Shown here piece by piece: positions 1 to 14,940 of a stretch of DNA of 64,000 nt (the first letter of the stretch is position 1; each line of letters opens with the position of its first letter). A program made the translations under genes and the position numbers. Source of the DNA: Phoronis australis (Eukaryota; Animalia; Phoronida); NCBI GenBank assembly GCA_002633005.1, contig NMRA01000030.1:693630-757629 (forward strand), read 5' to 3'. The notes under the pieces were generated by a model that was not told the origin of the DNA, ran no database searches, and worked only from the letters and a program-made list of their open reading frames with translations.

Positions 1-1329
1 CAGATACCTTGATTCTAAATTAACTCAATTAAATTTCATACGTCATACATCAATTCAGAACAGAATATGGAGGAGAAGGGTAATTTGTTTTGCCAAATGT
101 CGCAATATACTTTTGTTCTTGACGAGGCAAAGTTATGTACTGAGCTGTCAAAAAGTAATAAATGACACAGTGTAGCAATCTTGAAAAATGGAAATAACCA
201 ATATAACATGAATTTTTTTCTGAATCCATAATTTATAATGAAACACAGCAAAGCAACACTGCATGGTTGCCCTGGACTGTGAACAAATTTTCACATTGGT
301 AGATACTTATTACTTGAAAGAAAAAATGTTGGGCTCCAATTCCATTAAATCCACCAACATGACCCTATAATGAAACTAATACACAACACAGATGTCCATA
401 CCTGTTATAAATATTTTGCATAGACTGACCCCATACTTGAGTTGATACCTTTGTAAGGACTGACAGTTGTCTATAGTGCCTAGCTTCTAGATTACAATTG
501 AGACTGATAAAATCATGTAAGTATTATTTGTCTGGACAAACAAGACCCACTGCATAGTTGAACTTACTGGCCACAGATCGGAATCTCTAGTTGTATTCCA
601 CTCTATATTGTGAGTGTATTCATCAAGTGTTTTCATCTGTTGGGACTATTTCAGCAGGAATGGATAGGCAGAAACTGGCTTTGGAAGAAAAATATAGCAG
701 GGGGTGGGGGTTCCCAAAGGAGGGGTTGATACATGGGCGGCGCAGCACTGAAAAAAGTGGGGGGCTATAGCACGGGTTAATCACTGTCTGGTTGAGGCTC
801 ACTTAGGCATTAGGGTAACAAAACCCCAAATGTCAGCGTATGAGTTGTCTCATGGAGGTTGATAAGGCAACCATTATCTTTTATGTAAAGTTGACCAAAA
901 CTGATGAAAAGTGGAATCAACGTAGAAGAAAGGTATTAATAACATAATCAAATTTCATTTGATATAAAAGTTTCAAAATAAAATCTCAAAAAGCTACTGT
1001 GATTTTCTACTTCTTTTTCATTTTATGCAAGTTTTTTTCATCAAAATCTTAAAAAGTGCCATTTTTGATAGACCCTCATGGAAAAGAGGAAACAATTGTT
1101 AACAACATTTTAGAAAACTGTGCATTACCACATAAACATGTGAAAGTTTCACTGAATCCAGCGGCAGACATTTCACAGATATGGCGATCTCACCAAAGTT
1201 ACACAAATCTGTTCACCTGGGATTCTTCATAACTTAAAACTGCCTTAACCCAGTGTTTCGTCACAAAGACTACCACTGGATTTAGACTACTTGCCATTAT
1301 AGAGTTGGTCTCAAATTTTTAGTTAGTCA

Positions 1330-1520
1330 AACTGGATGTGATATCTGGGCTTGTTTGAAATGACCCAACAGATCCTTGTGCTCAACACCATGCACTATTG
1401 AAGACCAGGCACTATAGTTTTGGTTAATTAAGAGGAAGTCAGCAGGACTGATTATAGCTCTGTCAACAAAACTCCAGTAAAGCGTAGTCAGACATCTCTG
1501 TGGCAGTGAACACTTCATTT
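1330..1520 (-). mobile_element. Possible degraded LINE ORF2 C-terminal remnant
   Basis: LPQRCLTTLYWSFV...YSAWS loosely resembles the L..LY.S.V....Y...W block of CR1/L2-type ORF2. Confidence 0.3.
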
Positions 1521-2067
1521 ATACTTCGCCTCCAGAAAATACAAATAAATTAGATAAAACGGAATTGAATTAAAAATGATCGCGTACATGCTTATGACGC
1601 ACCACTCTCAAATTTCTGGCTACAACACCTCAGTACTTCATTTTGATAATATGCAAATCAGTATGCCTTTGACCCAGGTCACTTTTTGTATTGAAGAGTA
1701 GTTTTCAACTTGTATTCATGAAGTGAGTGTAGCCAGTTTAATCACATACAAAGTTATGCACTGGCCCTGGGCCATGACTTGTATCTCACTCATATCAAGT
1801 AGTGTTGACACTCAATACCCTGAACTGTATAACTTGTTTATTATTAGTACCTAAAATGTCACCAATATAAAAGATTATCTCCCCTGTCCAACTGTATCCT
1901 ATACAACAAGAGGTGCATTCTGTAGACGCAAGAAACTTGTGAAAATGCAAGATAACACATTAGTCTTCGCGAGATTATTACCCATACGTTACAAGCATGC
2001 AATGCATGCATGCCATCCCACTGGCGAATAAAACGAAAAAATTCCTGTTCAGAATTAGCAGGTTACC

Positions 2068-2645
2068 ATCTTCTAATGACCACAGTATGAGCATATAATA
2101 TATCTTCTAATGACCATAGTATGAGCATATAATATATCTTCTAATGACCATAGTATGAACACATAATACATCTTCTAATAACCATCATTGATAGCATGAC
2201 TGAGCATATAATGTCTTCTAATGACCATAGTATGAGCATATAATATGTCTTCTAATGACCATAGTATGAGCGGATAATATATCTTGTAATGACCATCATT
2301 GATAATATGACTGAGCATATAATGTCTTCTAATGACCATAGTATGAGCATATAATATGTCTTCTAATGACCATAGTATGAGCATGTCTTCTAATGACCAT
2401 AGTATGAGCATATATGTCTTCTAATGACCATAGTATGAACATATGTCTTCTAATGACCATAGTATGAGCATATAATGTCTTCTAATGACCATAGCATGAG
2501 CATATGTCTTCTACTGACCATAGTATGAGCATATATCTTCTAATGACCATCAATGATAGTATGACAGCATATAATGTCTTCTAATGACCATAGTATGAGC
2601 ATGTCTTCTAATGACCATAGTATGAGCATATATTATGTCTTCTAT
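2068..2645. repeat. Minisatellite, ~28-35 bp unit tcttctaatgaccatagtatgagcatataatatg with variants
   Basis: Visible tandem copies (about 16), with interspersed longer variant units. Confidence 0.95.
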
Positions 2646-3246
2646 TAATTCATACAAAATCTAACAAATGAATGTTCCGTAGACATGCCCTCTACAATTT
2701 CTTTTGAGAATTATTATGATTATACATCTTTGTAAAACATTAACTGTAGACAAAATGTGTCCATGTGATCGGAATAGCAAAACTTAGAAAATGCAAATTA
2801 TTAGAGTGTATCAATTAAAAGAAGAATTAATCCAATTGATACAAAGTAATCTTTTCTGCAAATGTGACAAAAGGTGAAATGCACCATGATGCTCTGAGCT
2901 ACTTACGCTTGCAAACTACAATAAGTAAAAAATCATTGCTAAAATAGCATTTCTTTCTCTTTTTCAAATGCTGATTACATTGTTAAAATGCTCAATATTT
3001 TATCAAAGTTGTGTTTGATGACAGCTGTTTATGTAAGTGATGAAATGTAGCTTTTCTCAACGGTCTATTTTTACTGAGAACTGTGACAAAAATAAAATTC
3101 TGCCCTCTTGTGTGCTTAATTGGAAAGCATTTACTATTTGCAAGTCCAGTGAATCTATTTGCAGTGAAAGTAATCTATTAAAACGACTCTAATAAGTGAA
3201 ATTATATCATAAAAAATATCTATGAATTTAAACTGATTATACTAAC

Positions 3247-3270
3247 CTGTCTTGTTTGGAATCTGGCTTG
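3247..3270 (-). other. Candidate 24-nt microexon of a further, unidentified minus-strand gene
   Basis: ctctatttttag|caagccagattccaaacaagacag|gttagt; open in all three frames; no partner exons found. Confidence 0.3.
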
Positions 3271-6200
3271 CTAAAAATAGAGCACATATGTGAGTCAGAA
3301 CTGTTTTGGTGAGTATGGCGAAATGTATAAATGAAACAAACCCATCATTGAAGATTTTTACAATGTGGAGATCAAGCATTCTAGAGAACTTATTGACTGA
3401 GTTCAGATGAATGTATTTTTACTAATACATCATAACACTTCTAATGCCTCAGTCATTCCAAACCGTTGTCCGGGGACAAGTTGATATCTTAATTAGAATT
3501 AATTAATGAGTATAACGAAGTCTAAAATTACAGTAAACTTGAACATTTAGAGACCTCAAACTGATGAAATGGATGTTTGTGTGCATTCTCAAGTCTTAGG
3601 GTGCAGCTGTCTCATGAAACAATATAGTAACAACTGTGTATACAGTAAACACGACCCTGGGAAACTCAGACTGCAGTGACTCATACACTGCTGCTGGCCT
3701 TCACGACAAGGCGATCACAAAGTATTAGGGATAACTTAAACTAAAGGAAAGTTGAGCACAAGAGACAACTGTATCAACACAAAGGGCAGTGCATTGGTTG
3801 CAAGAACAGAACAAATTTTTGTAAAGTTGCTTAAAACTTACCACATGTTTTTAAGCTGCTGATTACAGGCTTATTTCTCGTTTCTTGCTGACAACAGTGA
3901 ACATGCAAGGACCATCAACACAGTGCCAAGTCTATTGTGTTTTACTGAGAAGCTAATTACATTTGTAACTACTCTTGATTGAAATGCAAATGCTTCTGGA
4001 AACTACAGAAATCTTATTCAACTGAATTTAGAAATGAGCCTAGTTAATCATGAATAAGTGGCCTGATAAACTATACCAGTTTGTAACTTTTATTTTAACA
4101 CCCAAAGAGCAGTGCTTAAAACAGATTATTGATTAATATTTTGAAAGTACCATGTTGGCAATTAGCATTCTTTAATAAAAGATTAAATACTTCTCAGGTA
4201 TACATTGGTAACCGAGTATTGATTTAAATACTTTTTGAGAGGACTACAAAGTATATTGTAATGTTTTAAACCAATTCCTTCCTCTTACCATAAACTAGAT
4301 GAAATTTCTCCACAGAATATCTGGTTCTCTTAAATATACACACCATTTTGGATAATGAAGGCAACATTTTTAAGCCTCAAGATTTTAAAATAATTTCCGT
4401 AAACAATTCTAAGGAAATGTGCTATTACCGGAGTTCCATTGTTTTCAAGAACAAATAAAACTGTAAAAGAAATATGTAGGTTGTCAGAAACAGACTGCAT
4501 TCTTTGGAGGTATTAAGAACACTCTAATATCCGTTGGTGTACAAGCCTCCCCACCCTATTGGTCAGGAAGGTTACACAAGAGAGATTGTGACATATCAAC
4601 AAAGGAACAGCACAGCAGATGCAATTATGGTTTTCACTGCTGAATCAATTTCAAATTTATAGTCTACAGTTTCTAAAATGAGCTGGACTGTTGCCACAAA
4701 CAGGTAGCAGTTATCACAGACACCCATTTCTATTCACTGACTAATCCCCAAACAAAAGAATCCAGTTATTAAGTCCTGATCTGTAGTAAAGTGTTTATTG
4801 TAGTCCCAACTATTGCTGCAGATTGGGAGATGAGACTTAGTCAACAATACTTTGGTAAAATTCTTCAATTTGGAACAAAAATAATTGAAAAAACTGCCAT
4901 ATTTACCACATTATGGCAAATACTAAATATTGGTAGTTAATAGCTACACCAGACAAACCATGCTAAAAACAAAGTAAATATGGCTGAAAAGTTATTTTTG
5001 TTGAGAAATTTGACAAAATAAAATTTCACCTGTCCGCTTTGGGGTGTCCCAAGCTTGTTAATATGAACATACCTTTGGAGTTCAAAAAGTCGAAGTGTAA
5101 ACAATAGTATTGGCATGGCAATGGAATAGTTTGTTAAGGGCACAACTATATTTAGGTGACCAAATGTCTTGCATTACAATGACTGGATACTTATTATAAC
5201 ATAGATAACAAAATATGCATTGTGTCTCAATGCAATTAGAGAGGGGAGTGTTATTTTGAGTAACATTTCATCGTTAATAATGAATGGGATGAGAAACAAG
5301 GGACAAAACAAGGGTTTGTGACATATCCAGGGTAGTAATAATGACTCAGTCTGTGACATGGGAAATGATGCAAAGGTGAGCACATGGTCTGTCTTACCTG
5401 GCCAAGTGTCATTGCTCATATCAGGCCAATTTTACTGTTTATCAAAACCATTTCGTTGTAGCATGCCATGAATTTTCAATCAACAGGTTAATTTCCCATT
5501 AAACAATACATTTTTTAAGATACAATTTTTAAAAACAGACAACGATCATGTCACATATTTAAGGAATGTTACCGTGGTAACACACAGGTATGCACTTGAT
5601 AAGCTGAAACAAACATATTAGTATTAAACTGTTCAAGTAGTAATTTCCCCTAAACTTTTTGCTGTACTTTCTGTCTCGAACTTTCAAATCTTTTAGCAAG
5701 CTTGATTGTGGTTTATGTGAGCAAACTCTTAAATTATAATCACTGAAAGTTGCCAGAATACTGGGTGGCCAGCCATGCTGAAGAGGGCACAAATCTTTAG
5801 AATTAGATAACATGAGACAAGAGAGGATAATCTAATCACTTTGGCCTGAACAAAAGTCATCATAATCAGTACTCAAGTCCCACCAGCGACATCTAGTGTT
5901 AACTTTATACCATTAAGATAATGGGTTAAATGCTTGCAAAAGAATAATGTACTAAGTAACAAAACTATTGAGGTATCCCATGTCAAAGGTCAATAAAAAG
6001 GGTTGACTAATGATGACAGGTTGTCTGTCTGAGCTCCAACCTATTGGTGATGACCGATAAATGACCGCTTGTCATTTTAGATAACTCAAAATAACCAGAC
6101 TGCAAATGGTGATGCCTGGTGTCACAAGGAACAGAAGAGAGATAAGAACCCAGACTGCCACACTAAATAGTATCACGTGAACATGGCCTCGGAAATAAAG

Positions 6201-9200
6201 GGCATAGTTCGATAAGACAACATAGGCACTAAATTGAATTTTTATCGTTGTATGAACTACGCTCCCACATTAAAACAATATTAAATGTTAGCTAATCTGT
6301 AAATGATGTTCGCACTGAAAAACACTGGCACTGACTCAGGGATAATGCGCAAGACAGGTCTTTCCCCTGACGTAATCCATCCAAACATGGATGACACATA
6401 GTTGTGTCATGACTATTTCTGGCTACAATGGTGTTGTTGACCTCACTACAAACACTGCCAGAACATTGTACAGTCAAGTTCTGTTTACAGGAAGCCTATT
6501 AACTCCCTTTCAAGAGTATTATCACATATACATACTACTGTTACACACAGCTATTAGGACAATTCCTGGGGATGATTCTTACACCTACAAAGAAACAAAA
6601 ACCACAAAATTACTCTAAAGGAACCCAACTAAGTACACAGGTATATATTTGAATCCAGAAATTTATTAACATTTGAGTCATCAATAACATTCAATCTTAA
6701 CATTTAAAAGACACTGTTCCCTGTTTCACGCATTAAACTTCCTAAAGCAGGTTTTTTTTCTTTTCGTTCACGTCATCTTATGTCAGTAATGGTCATAAAA
6801 CTGAAAACACATGACTTGTCAATCACATAGAAAATGACGCTAAACAATCATTACCAGTCAAGCATGTAACACTAACAATAGACCATGTACAATGACACAA
6901 ACTTTCAGCAGGGTTACCTGAGAACTAATCTAATGACTAAATGGATTGAGTTTTACATGAATTCAATGCTTCTCAAAAACTCACAGAAAGGTTAGGTTTC
7001 AGGGAAACGAATTACCATGTCAATTTAAAAATTACAACGGGGGAGACCAGCAATCAAGCATGTCTGCAGCAAAAGACACATCATCCATTATGCTCCATAT
7101 TTCATACCTGTGACTCATACTTGACACATATAGGTTCATATCTACCAAAAAATCTCAATAATTTCAAACAAAAATAATAGCCAAAATCGACATTTTTCCT
7201 TTGTTAACGGCCATTCTAATATTGTGAATGCCCACTTTTTAGTCAAAACATTTGGAAGTTATGGCAACACCTGAAAACACTTATTTGCAGCTGATTTAGC
7301 TTAATCAATAAAAATTAAAAACTAAAATTTCTCTTCTCCACCAGTGGGTCTTAAGCTCATGTTGAGATTTCAAAACACTCACTTTACTGTCAGTGCACAG
7401 CATTGTTATAACAGCTCAGTTTAACCTGTTGGACCAGAGCTTGGCAAAAAAGATCATTAAAATTCAAAATAAAACTAAATTGTTGTATGTTATACATTGA
7501 AACTTAATCATGGTTTTTGATTTGGTTAGAGATGGCCAATACCATGTATCCTTATATTCCTAAACAATCATCACAAATATTAATTGGTAAGCCCAAAAAA
7601 GTTAAACAAATTGCTAATTGAATGCCAATGACCCAGCAAAACATGGACAAACTTCAAAACTTTCTGAAAACTTGCCAAAATATTGTCCAGTTTCAATTCC
7701 AAACAATTCAAATCCTATCAAAATTGCAAAAAACAAGGACTCAAGAGACTTTAAAATCAAAAATGACTTCAACTGCTTCCTAACACTACATTACTGTTCA
7801 GTTGGAGATTTTATTGGAGTTGAAAAATAAAAAAAAAACATCCTATAATAATAAAATCACTTAAACATATGGCAATTCTAAAAGGTAGAAAGTAATTATT
7901 GGCAAGAACATTTCGGAAATTATGTAATGAAAACATACTAGTCATCATTCCCTTTTGGTAAATTAATTTTGAAACAGGGACGTGACATCACCACCAGCGA
8001 TGCAATCAACTAAAAAGTCATTCTGAGCACGATGTAATCCTTCTGGGACAGCACCCAAACCACACCAACTCTGAGTCAGCTGACTTGTTTGCTCATCATG
8101 AAATGAAATATTCAGATCAATCAAACCTCAAGTAGTTGATCAGTACAATCTGTATTCTATTACTTTAACAAAGTCCACATGATGGAACACTTGTGATTAA
8201 TGACTCCTAGATATGAAAACAAACCATTTTTATCAGAGGTGAACAAGCCCTGATGACAAATAATACCTGGTATTAGATGGTGAAATGATGTGAACAACAA
8301 GTGTTGAAATATTCACCAGGGAATTCCAGTTACGCCACTTTGTGAAATACAATAGAGAAAGACATAAGCCACAGGATATAGAAGTAACCATCAAAACCAA
8401 GTGTGCAGATTGATTAGAAACAATTGCTCTTCTACAATGACACTGACAGGTTGAAAATGCATGACAATAAATGTGTGAAGGCAGTAGGATTAAAAATAAG
8501 ACCCATGTGATGACAGTTAAAAAGGCTTTCAGCAATTTCCTCCATGATTTCTCCAGCTATAAACAGGTCGAATTACAGCTTTACTTCGGACAAGAATGAA
8601 ATGAATGATTTTGTCAGTTATCATTCTATGGCAACAGGGTTTGGTTAAACATTTCATTAATGTCGCAGAAATAGCCCAACCACGTTAAATATTCTTGATT
8701 CTTGACTCCATTCTCAGAACGACCCCCATGATGAATTGTTCAACAAAAAGGTAGAAGTAAATTGTAAGGCAAAAATGATGTAGAAAAGTTAATACTGCTG
8801 GCTTTTAAGGTCAAATGTAGTTCAAGCCTGAGTCTACACAAAATGCACTTTGGAACAGAAATTTCCTGCTCCTGAAATAGTGGGGTTACGACTAGTGTCT
8901 ATTTTGCCCAAACTCTTAGCACCTTTGATAGCGAGAACCAGAACATGACTGGGTAACCTCAGTGTAAGACTTTATTGACAAGCCTAATAAGTCTGTGAAC
9001 TATGTATTTTCTGAAACTAGAAAGATCCTAGAATTTGAGATTCACAGCAATCTGTCATTAAATGGGTCATGTGTCGACCTCTTTTTATTAAATTTAGCAA
9101 GAAAGAAAAGTACATTCAAAGTAAAGCAATGGTATCAATAACACGAAAAAATTTCATTCGACATAAATGTTAATGATTAATTCTTAAAAGCATTGTTTCC

Positions 9201-11424
9201 TAAAACACCACTTGGTTTTCCTTTTATGCAGATATAAGAACAGTCCCCAAAAGACCTCTTGTAATTCAGTCGACCCCTGGCCGAGGCCTTTATCAACACT
9301 GCACAAGGTTCCATCATCCCCTTGCCAACCATCAAATTACTATGAGGCCAATTCCACAAATGATCTCCAGCTCAGAAACAGTATAACCATCAAATTTTAA
9401 ACACTTCTGGGCCAAACCTAATACACAAAGAATACATGCAGTAGCTACTGTAGCAAATCAAAATGAAAGCCAATGTGTACGGGCTTCACCCAAATGTAAA
9501 CATTCTTTTTCAAAAACCCAGTGGAAGTTCATGAAAGATTTGGAAAACCAATGGCACTAAGATGACAAAAGTACGACTTTTCCTCATTGGCACTGGGTAG
9601 TTGATATTTGATGAAGCACCGAGTTTCTCATTCAAACTTTGTCTTCATTTGGGTGAACTACAAAACAGTGCTTATTCGGCAAAATGATTAAGGAATATGA
9701 GCACCGATATCTGCCTAATAGATCTGAACATTTTCAATTTTATCCTAACAGACCTTTCCATTGACCATATGCTACAGTGTAAGATTACAACTCCAGAACA
9801 ATGATGAGAGTGATAAATGAGTGAGAGTCACGTTTGTTACCAAGCAGTGAACATGAGATTGGTTATTTGGCATAGGATATCAAAGGATGTACTACTACAG
9901 AGGAGCCCACCATATGGAGGCAGTTTTATTCAATAATGCAACAGCAGCAAATATCCTCAAAGCCAGGCACAACACCACCTTTAAAAATGTACAAATATCT
10001 GGACACGTTCTTTATTTGTCAAGCCTCTTTTTCTTATATGATACAGCTCCATTATGGAAGGATAAAAGCTGAAAGAATGTTGCTACATGTAAAGGGATAT
10101 ACATAACCAGTAGCCATAAAGCTACTACAAAAGGGTGAAGCAGAGTTGCCCAGCTTATCATCGCTTGTGTGTGAAGCTCTAGTAATACATTTTCTTCACA
10201 CCGCGGTGCTTTTATGCTGAACTAAATAAAATAAATCCGTAATATCTCTGCAATTGGTTCAGAAAGACACAATGCCAGAAGTTTTTATGAAGTTTTGATG
10301 ATGAAAGTTTATCAGTTTATGGATATGGTACCCAAAATATTTGCGATTGTAGCGAAGAAGTTGAAAGAATAGGCATGACATTTCAGACCTGGTCACTCAC
10401 TAGGTGATGGTAAAAAGAAAGAGACTTTTTAAGTCATCTGAACAGACAGCAGTTGATAATGGGGGCAAGATAGTGCAATTATCCCAACGTATACATTTCT
10501 AGGTCACTAGCATGACAGTAATTATTACTATCGCTTCACCTTGTTACCTTCAACTTCGCAACTGATTACCATTCTGGCTCCCGAAATTTCAAAAATTTCT
10601 CTTTTAAGCACCAATGATTGGCTTACCGCCCACCATGAAGTTGCAATGATGTTATTGTTGAAAGTGCCGTCTTTGTCTGTACACATTTACAACTAAGTGT
10701 TCACTGGAAGATACTATGGGGTGTGGACAACTGGACTTGTGATTCAGTGTCCTCTGTCACAGGTGAATCTTTGTGATTTATTGCTCTTCTAACTCTCAGT
10801 CTCAGGCAAATCTATAAAATAACAGTTGGATAGATATCTCAGTTGTCAAAACACGATGCCAACTGACACAACACAAGATAACAAAAATTGAGCTACAGAG
10901 AGTGATACAAAAATGTACATTTTAATTAACAAACCATTAATCATCCCACCTTGCCCAGTGATGTCACTAAACAGATACTTGCCAAAACTACATTGAGACT
11001 TTCCAGGATACAGACAGTGATAAAACAAGTGTGAAGTATCATGAGTGAATAAGAACAAACACAAGTTTCCATGGATACAAAGAATAACAGAGCACAGGAC
11101 ACCCATTTGTACTGGGCTGGAAATCAGATACACAGAACAACAGCACTGCTAAGTTTGGTGGCGTATTTCATTGTACATCTTTTCTTCACATTTTTACCAC
11201 ACGATATGGTGGATTGCAATTTTTATTTTGACAAATTTCTTCAGAAAAAAGTTAAAGAGCTTTTCAGTCTGTTACTAGCATGGTTTGAACTGTGTTAATG
11301 TCATCACTGACAAAACAACTCTTAGTAAAGTTTCAGTTCATTGTAGCAAGGTATTGTGAATCTTAGGAAAACTTGAAAAAGGCAATTATTTTTGTGTGAA
11401 ACAAAACAGAGAATTTTCAAAATG

Positions 11425-11820
11425 CCCAGATTCAATAATGAGATACACAGAATGACTATAGGATAGTTTAGCTGGGCATATTTCAGTGTAATACCCTGAC
11501 TCAATAATGAGATACAGGCAATGACTATAGGATAGTTTAGCTGGGTATATTTCAGTGTAACACCCTGACTCAACAATGAGATACACACAAAGACTATAGG
11601 ATAGTTTGGCTGGGTATATTTCAGTGTAATACCCTGACTCAATAATGAGATACATGAAATGGCTATAGGATAGTTTAGCTGGGTATATTTCAGTGTAATA
11701 CCCTGAACCAATAATGAGATACACAGAATAATTATAGGATAGTCCAGTTTGGCATATTTCAGTGAAATACCATGACTAAATAATGAGATACACAACATGA
11801 CTACATGATAAATAGGCATA
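11425..11820. repeat. Minisatellite, 69 bp unit, ~5.5 copies
   Basis: Period 69; produces the 23-aa repeat ORFs 11322..11846 and 11386..11724. Confidence 0.95.
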
Positions 11821-14576
11821 TTGCAGCCTTTCAAGTCATGTTCCAAACTTTCAAATTCATTGCTTAACTCTTAAGAAATTATCATAATAACAACAAAATA
11901 AACGAAATTGCAATAAGGCTTTTGCGTTTTAAAAAACCAATACATCTTCTCTAAATACATTGTCTAAGAATCGTGTCTGGCACCAGTGGTAAAGATTAAT
12001 CCAGCTGGTGCAGAAAAATGCAACCGACTGAACTTGAAGCACATTAACAGCTGACCAGAACAAACCGTAATTGAAACTTCAAACTTAAAAAAAGAAAAAA
12101 AATAGTTTACAATTAACATTTCATTATAGATAATTATGGGCGCCTACAATGCAGCAAAATCTTAACTTATTAAAAATCTAATTGTATTTACATATTGCAA
12201 AGTAAACTATTCATTTGCACTCTGTGATCAGTTGATGCAATGGGGAACTCAAAACTGACACTCGGTGTCGCAAGTGAAGCAAGCAACCTTCCCAAAGCAA
12301 TACCTGCATTCAAGTAAATCACGCGGGTCACGTATCACACAGATACCCTGATGCTGACAAACTGCTTTCTACTCTCAATGCATTCAGACGATAAAAAGAG
12401 GAACCTTATTCATCAGCAAATATTGAATATCAAGCGCCCCATTTAACTAGCAGCACATTAGCATTCTTGTTATCTGAAAGAATTGTGACCTGAGTAAACT
12501 AATTAATTACAAAATCGTGAGCAAGTAACACAAAGTGGAGAAAATATCAAGACAGCAACAGTTTTGATAATAACATGATTAATTGGATGCATTAACACAA
12601 GAAATACAACATCCAATTTCCTTGGTAAATAATGTGCATGTTAAGATTTTTAATTAAAAATGCTTATGGCACATTCGTAGGCAATTTTTTAAATATGTAA
12701 AAAAACTTCCACCCAGTTTAAAATGTTACAATGATACAGCCGAAAGCAGTTTTGACTGTTTTCGCCTAGTCATGCAGTTCAGCCTAGAGTCCAGAACACT
12801 CTACATAACTGTTTATTACTGACAATCTAACAACATATTGTAAAATAGTTAAAATAGTAGTGACACATTTCAGCTGAGTCATCTGAACAAATACTCTTAC
12901 CAACACCTTCTCATTAAAGGTAAGAGCATGACTTATTGTTCTACTCACTTCCAAAAAACAAACATTTGATATCATACACACTTAATCCAAGCAAGAAAAT
13001 CAATTTAGAATGTGATATTCTTTAGGTTCTCTCAAGATTTGAAGTTTTATTATCATCAATATGACTCTAAGAAGCGGCTTGGACTGCCTAGACAGTGTGT
13101 AATGGAGCAAGTTTAATAAGAATGCACAAAACCACATATAACAAGGGCACAGACTACACTACTGAATTCTAAATTTCAAACAAAAATATCATGACAGAAA
13201 TGTTCATACTCAGTGATTGTAGAATTATAACTTTACCATTTTGAGGATAGCTATTTTGATTCATAATATCTGCATCATATTTCCACTTAGCCACAACGGC
13301 TGAGTGCAGAATCAATTCAAGGTTTATTTACAAGTTTATTGTATCATGTAACTCAGCTAAGCAAATCATTGAATTAATCCTAACACACAGTGTGTAATAT
13401 CAACACTTCAACAGAAGCTATTCTGCACCCAGTCAGACCTATTCATGAGTAAACAGCTAAACCCTCTATCAGACTCCAAACAAATTCCCTTTCAATATCA
13501 GTCATATATTCAAGTGTCATACCTCAACTAAAAGTATTCATTATTTTTATCAGGCGATTAAAATTCAATACGCAAATTGGGTCAATGTACAGCAGGGAAT
13601 TAGCCATAGACAATACATTAATTATTAAGAAAGAATGTTTCACACTAGAGAGGTGAGATGTTGCAGCAGAGAATGCCAGCACACCTGGCAATGAATTGTA
13701 TAACAACTACAGAGAAGCACACCTGGACCAGACCAACTCCTTAAGACACAGCTGATTTATAAAGGTATGACCCAGACATGTATGTCACATGATCACCAGT
13801 GGAAATTTATATTGTATTGTACAAGGTGGATACGAAACTTGCAGATTTTTAATCTTAAGATTTATTTAGGTTTTGTCTTCAGGCAATCTGTCGGTGGCAA
13901 AAATAATAACTCATAATTCAAAAAGAGAAATTAAACTACTAGTAAGTAAACAACGAGGAAAACACGATTTGCAAATAAAAGAAGACAAAATGATCGTCTG
14001 AAACAGCTGATCAGAAAAATCAATAATATCAGGAATAAGACCTGTTGTGAACATAGCTTGGTCTACTTTACTTGGTTGAAAAGCAGTTATCTCCCCTTTT
14101 AAATAAAGAAAAGTGAGATGTCAGCAGTTATCTTTAAAAATTCATTATCTTGTAATTTCAGAACTGAAAATTGTATTTGCTAATGCCGTTTTTTCATAAC
14201 AAATACACATCAAAAATAGGAGTAAAGATGATTTTTTGAAAAAAAACACAACACATTAGTATTGTCTTCAAATTTTGCCACAAACAAAAAGACTGACAAA
14301 ACATTACTAAAAATTTCCACTAACAACATTCTATACTAAAACACAAGAACAAAGAGAATTTGATTAAAAAGAAAGAGAATGTTGCTTAATGAAAACAACG
14401 ACCCTACTTCAAAAAGCTCCCCCCCCCCGAGACAGCTAAGAAATGGAAACCAACATCAACTGTCAGATATCAACTTGAGCATCCCTAGGAGAGAGACCAA
14501 GAGACAATATCTCTTAAAATCTGTCATTTAATGAGCCTCTAATAATGCCAAATCAGTTCTTCTAGGAACAATCTTA

Positions 14577-14940
14577 AGTGCCATCCACAAACGGACTTAA
14601 ACCCTAGAACAAGTTACCTCTGCAACAAGTTGTCTCTAGGTTTGTGACAACTTACTCCACCTTGAGATAGAGTAACTTTTTCTAAGGTAACTTGCACCAC
14701 TTCTAGTTCCTGTGTGGCCGCAAACCTGGGGCAAGGCAGAAGTAAATTATCTACTGTGATTATATACAGATTTTCTTTTGCACTCCATATTCGCACTAGG
14801 TGTTCAATGTCAAGCGCAGAGTGATAACTTTCGTCTTACCCTAGTTATCGGATATGTGTGTGTGTCGACGCTCCCCTCAAAAGAGGAGTAAGTTGCACTA
14901 GTGCAAGTTGTTCTAGGGTAGGCTGTGTGTGGACGGAACT
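14577..14940. mobile_element. PIF/Harbinger-like MITE
   Basis: Imperfect TIRs agtgccatccacaaac..accctagaacaa / ttgttctagggt..gtgtggacggaact, flanked by TTA on both sides. Confidence 0.65.

Noticed and set aside
802-1248. Kolobok-like element (ttaggca...tgccttaa)
   Set aside because: The terminal match is too short and degenerate to call boundaries.
11322-11846. 174-aa ORF with 23-aa repeats
   Set aside because: By-product of a 69-bp minisatellite; two frames are open and there is no splice support.
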